DNA of 64,000 nucleotides from positions 21,082,001 through 21,146,000 of the forward strand of contig NC_087245.1 of the NCBI RefSeq assembly GCF_037042905.1, given 5' to 3'. Shown here in pieces: positions 60,678-64,000 of this stretch (within the stretch, counting starts at the first letter, position 1; each line of letters starts with the position of its first letter). This DNA comes from Lytechinus pictus. Lineage: Eukaryota. Below the pieces are notes generated by a model that made no database searches, was not told the origin of the DNA, and saw only the letters and a program-made list of their open reading frames with translations. The position numbers were made by a program, and so were the translations under genes.

Positions 60678-61986
60678 CAGTGCGTATATAAAAAAGTTTA
60701 CACTTAAAAAAATGCTGTAAAAGTATACATGTGTAATATCCTGAAGCTTTTTCCACATTTAACCATTGGTACAGATCTCTTTTATAAGCAAATGATGATA
60801 TAACTGTCAACAAATCTTTCTGCTTGAATGAGTTCTATACTTTAGAAAAGTTTGTGAAAAAGAATTTGCGCAGGGCTTGGAAATACTTATATCAATAAAA
60901 GTAGAAATTAGTCATGAAGAACCCAAACTTTAGCTAGAAAGATTGATTTGAAAATATATTTTGCCTTTTAAGCTTGTTTCCTTGCCCAAAACACTTCATA
61001 GAGCGTCATTGCACACCCCCCACACACCGGGGCCGTCGTGATATCTACTTTACACGGAGATGTACATGAAATGGCTAAGGCTTGATTTTAGGTTTTTAAT
61101 CATTGTCAAGCTTGGGAAAAGTGTGGAGAAACAAGTATTAAATGAAATATGAAAATGTAGGGTTGTTATCGTTGAGAAAGTTCTTTGTCAATATCATGCT
61201 AAAAATATCTTACCGATATCATGGACCTATTACAAATGGACATTCAACGAATCCCCTCCTTTCGGCCGAAGACCGTCACCGCTATTAAATCCTTTTATAA
61301 ATGAGCGCTGGCAGCTGACGCCCATCAATGTTTCCGTGAATTCCATGAAATCACGGAAAATCACTGTGTCCCTATATAACAGCGGGTATTATCGACAACG
61401 AGAGAAAGGTTATCGATATCGCTAAGTGGCAAAAAACAAGTGATTATCGACAGGACTAGCGATAAAGACGTTATCAATAACAGCCCTAACAAAATGTGGT
61501 CCCAGTCTAAAAACTTAGTGAAAGAATGCTGGAGATGTCTGAAATAAACTTTTGTTTACATTCAGTTGTTTCCTGAGATCCAGCCGGCACAAAAAAAAGG
61601 AGTAAAGGTTGTGGTCTAGGATTAAAATGTTAATATGGGTGGCAAAGTTCTAAAAATATTTAGATATATCTGCATTATTTCAATTCGCTAAAAATACAAA
61701 GGAAATGTATGAGAAATGTACCACACGGTTGGATTGTTTTCGCCTTTTTTCCTTGACACAACGTCAAAATGATCTTTTCTGCGCAAACCTATTTCTGCGA
61801 GCTTTACAAAAATGGACAGTACTGTTCACTGAAGCGTACCATTCTGTCAAAATCTGTACTTTCATTTGATAGATGAGACCCAAACCCAAGAAAATATGTG
61901 AAAAAAATATCTCCATGTTGTACAGTATGTATATTTTCAATGCCCAGGACTTTTTCAAAGTGTAAACTTTTTATTGATATGCACTG
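60678..61986. mobile_element. Tc1/mariner non-autonomous element with TA TSD
   Basis: TA|cagtgcgtatataaaaaagtttacact ... agtgtaaactttttattgatatgcactg|TA. Confidence 0.88.
61158..61488. mobile_element. hAT-like MITE nested in the Tc1-like element
   Basis: tagggttgttatcg / caataacagcccta; flanks tgaaaatg / acaaaatg (degenerate 8-nt TSD). Confidence 0.7.
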
Positions 61987-62327
61987 TAGAATTCTTTCTT
62001 GTGATGCTTTGGTGGAACCGTATTAGGTCTAAGCACGTAATGCTCCTTATGCCTTAATACATAACATTAGTTGATTAATCCATTGCAAGCAGCCTTTCCT
62101 TTATAGCTAGATATGTAAGACAAGAAGACATAGCCACAGAGCTGGGACAAAGCCATGTATAATCAATTAAATTGGTTAAAACAAGAGTTTAACTCAATTC
62201 CTACATTGATTGGTGTCCAAGTAGATGTGATATTTTTACATTTAAGGTTTCCGCTTACCTCGACTTGTTCCGATCGGTCTGGTTGCTACACGTCCGAGCT
62301 TTGCAGGTGAGCTGAGCTGACGATCCG

Positions 62328-62477
62328 GGGTCCGTTTCTTAAAGACTTACAACTATCTTAACATTGCCATTATTGTAACTTCCATGGAAATCTTTATTAT
62401 ATCTGGCTGTTGAGTCTTGTCGTCACGGTAGTTGCCATAATGGCGATGTTACTTGTAACTCTTTATGAAAAAGGCCC
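62328..62477. mobile_element. Harbinger-like MITE inside a putative minus-strand exon
   Basis: gggtccgtttcttaaagacttacaa / ttgtaactctttatgaaaaaggccc; CCG/CTG flanks. Confidence 0.75.
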
Positions 62478-62896
62478 CTGATCTGATGTCTGGAGCTGCC
62501 GCAGTCTAGTCATCGGGGCCATGTGTCGGTGTGATTGGTCCTGGTAGCAGGGGCTCCACAGCGGTTCATAAGAGTGGGCATCATCAGGCTGAATTGAACA
62601 AAATTAATAAATGAATTAATTACAAAATGGCTCAAATGGACTGTTAAATTATTGCATTTCCATTCTGCTTAGAGTTTAGATGAGATAAAGTATTAATTTG
62701 TATCAATGATATAATTTTACTAGACTGCCTCTGAGCTTAATATGAATTAATGGTGGCCTGACAATTTCTTTGCCAATCAGGACATAATTTTTAGAGAATG
62801 GATAGCATGTTATATGCTATTGTAGCATAAACAATAATTAAACAATGCCGCCTGAATGCTCATATAACCGGCGATACAGACTACTAATATGTACTA

Positions 62897-63719
62897 TTAT
62901 ATCCCTTACTGAAAATTTGTTGCTATTTGATTGGTCGAGAGCCCTTCACGTGACTAATCACAATTTCACCAGAAAAATGAATTTCATAGGAGATCAAAAA
63001 AGTTTGTGATGTCAGAGTAGAATAGTTTTTTTTACTATTTTGTGTCCGACTGAAAACCGCGCAATCACTCGGGCACAGCGCACGATGGACTGCCTCCACA
63101 GGGCAAGTCTAGTAATGCAACGCCGCAGACGCTTTATCAGGGGACCGCTGAGCGCAGACTCAGAATCACAAACTCTCCAATAAATAAACTGTCAATGTGA
63201 AATCGCGTCTTGCTTGTTTACAATGAATTTGTATCATCATTTGATCAACCAAAGATTCGGGCTGCTTGATTTTAGTTCAGCAGGGTTTGTTCACAACCTT
63301 CACAACAGGTAAGTATGTTAGAAGATCGATCTCACTAGCACAGCCGCTGCGCAACATCAAACCACCCTGAGTGGTGCTTGGGAGCCGACGGTAGCCGCGC
63401 GCAGTTTATTCAGGAACCGGCTAGCATAGAGTGAGAAGCCAATTTTGCTTAAATTAGAGCTAAGCTGATCTAGATTTTGTCCAGATCATGGAGATGGGCC
63501 AATTAGGACTAGATTACCAATATTTTTGTTCAAACTTTAATTATGGAAGGGATATAAAACAAATATACCGGGTGTTTCTTTCAAAAGAGTAGTATTTCAT
63601 CCTCCGTTGGTCCGGCAATGTTACTCCCTCGGGGCTGGCACCCTTCGGGAAAAATATTAATTGCCGAACCAACCTCGGACAAAAATATTTCCACTCTACT
63701 TTCTCAAACCCGGTATATT
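62897..63719. mobile_element. Non-autonomous Crypton-like element, copy 2 (more complete)
   Basis: IR pair 1 ttatatccctt (62897-62907) / aagggatataa (63547-63557); IR pair 2 aatataccgggt (63562-63573) / acccggtatatt (63708-63719); inverted homology to 12104-13022. Confidence 0.75.
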
Positions 63720-64000
63720 GTCTCACCTGCGAAGCAGAGTGAGACTATGGGCGCCGCTTTTCCGACGGCGGTTGCGTCAACACCAAATCTTAACCGAAGG
63801 TCAAGTTTTTTAAATGACAGCATAACTTAAAAAGTATATGGACCTAGTTCATGAAACTTGGCCATAAGGTCAATCAAGTATTACTGAACATCCTGCCTTA
63901 GTTTCAGGTCACATGACCAAGGTCAAAGGTCATTTAGGGTCAATGAACTTTGACCATATTGTTGGAATCAACATCAAAATCTTAACCTAAGGTTAATAAG
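63719..64000 (+). mobile_element. Start of a Helentron/DINE-like (HINE) element, runs off the window
   Basis: Begins after TT with hairpin gtctcac-ctgcgaagcag-a-gtgagac; followed by gaaacttgg and aaggtcaaaggtca motifs. Confidence 0.6.

Larger units (their letters stand above)
52867..62588 (-). pseudogene. Candidate decayed multi-exon gene or spliced lncRNA
   Basis: Minus-strand blocks each bounded by polypyrimidine-AG and GT: 62588-62259, 59142-59059, 58013-57823, 54613-54470, 53325-53111, 52999-52867. Reading frames are broken by stops or frameshifts; no recognisable homology. Confidence 0.4.

Noticed and set aside
1..64000. CRISPR array, prokaryotic operon or horizontally acquired gene cluster
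   Set aside because: No regularly spaced repeat-spacer array and no long intronless ORFs (longest in the track is 156 aa); the sequence is typical spliceosomal-intron animal DNA

Overview
AT-rich, intron- and transposon-rich animal genomic DNA, not prokaryotic. The repeat landscape suggests a marine invertebrate deuterostome, probably a sea urchin (inference). The only well-supported protein-coding gene is a + strand DPP4-family (peptidase S9B) type II membrane protein. It has 20 GT-AG coding exons from 1363 to 20425 (2304 nt, 767 aa plus stop) with consistent phases; the start-codon exon was not securely located. It pairs a DPP6/DPP10-like juxtamembrane/TM exon with an intact Ser-Asp-His triad and Glu-Glu motif, and has an atypical cysteine pattern. 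The rest (about 23.5-64 kb) is mostly non-autonomous DNA transposons (Harbinger-, hAT-, Tc1/pogo-, Kolobok-, Academ-, Crypton- and Helentron-like), SINEs and one LINE 3' fragment. Notable structures are a 3.2-kb near-palindromic element, two inverted copies of a Crypton-like element, and a chain of exon-like blocks on the minus strand (about 52.9-62.6 kb) resembling a decayed gene or lncRNA. No rRNA, genuine tRNA or CRISPR array was seen, and no clearly new biological system can be demonstrated from sequence alone. All family assignments are by eye, without database searches.
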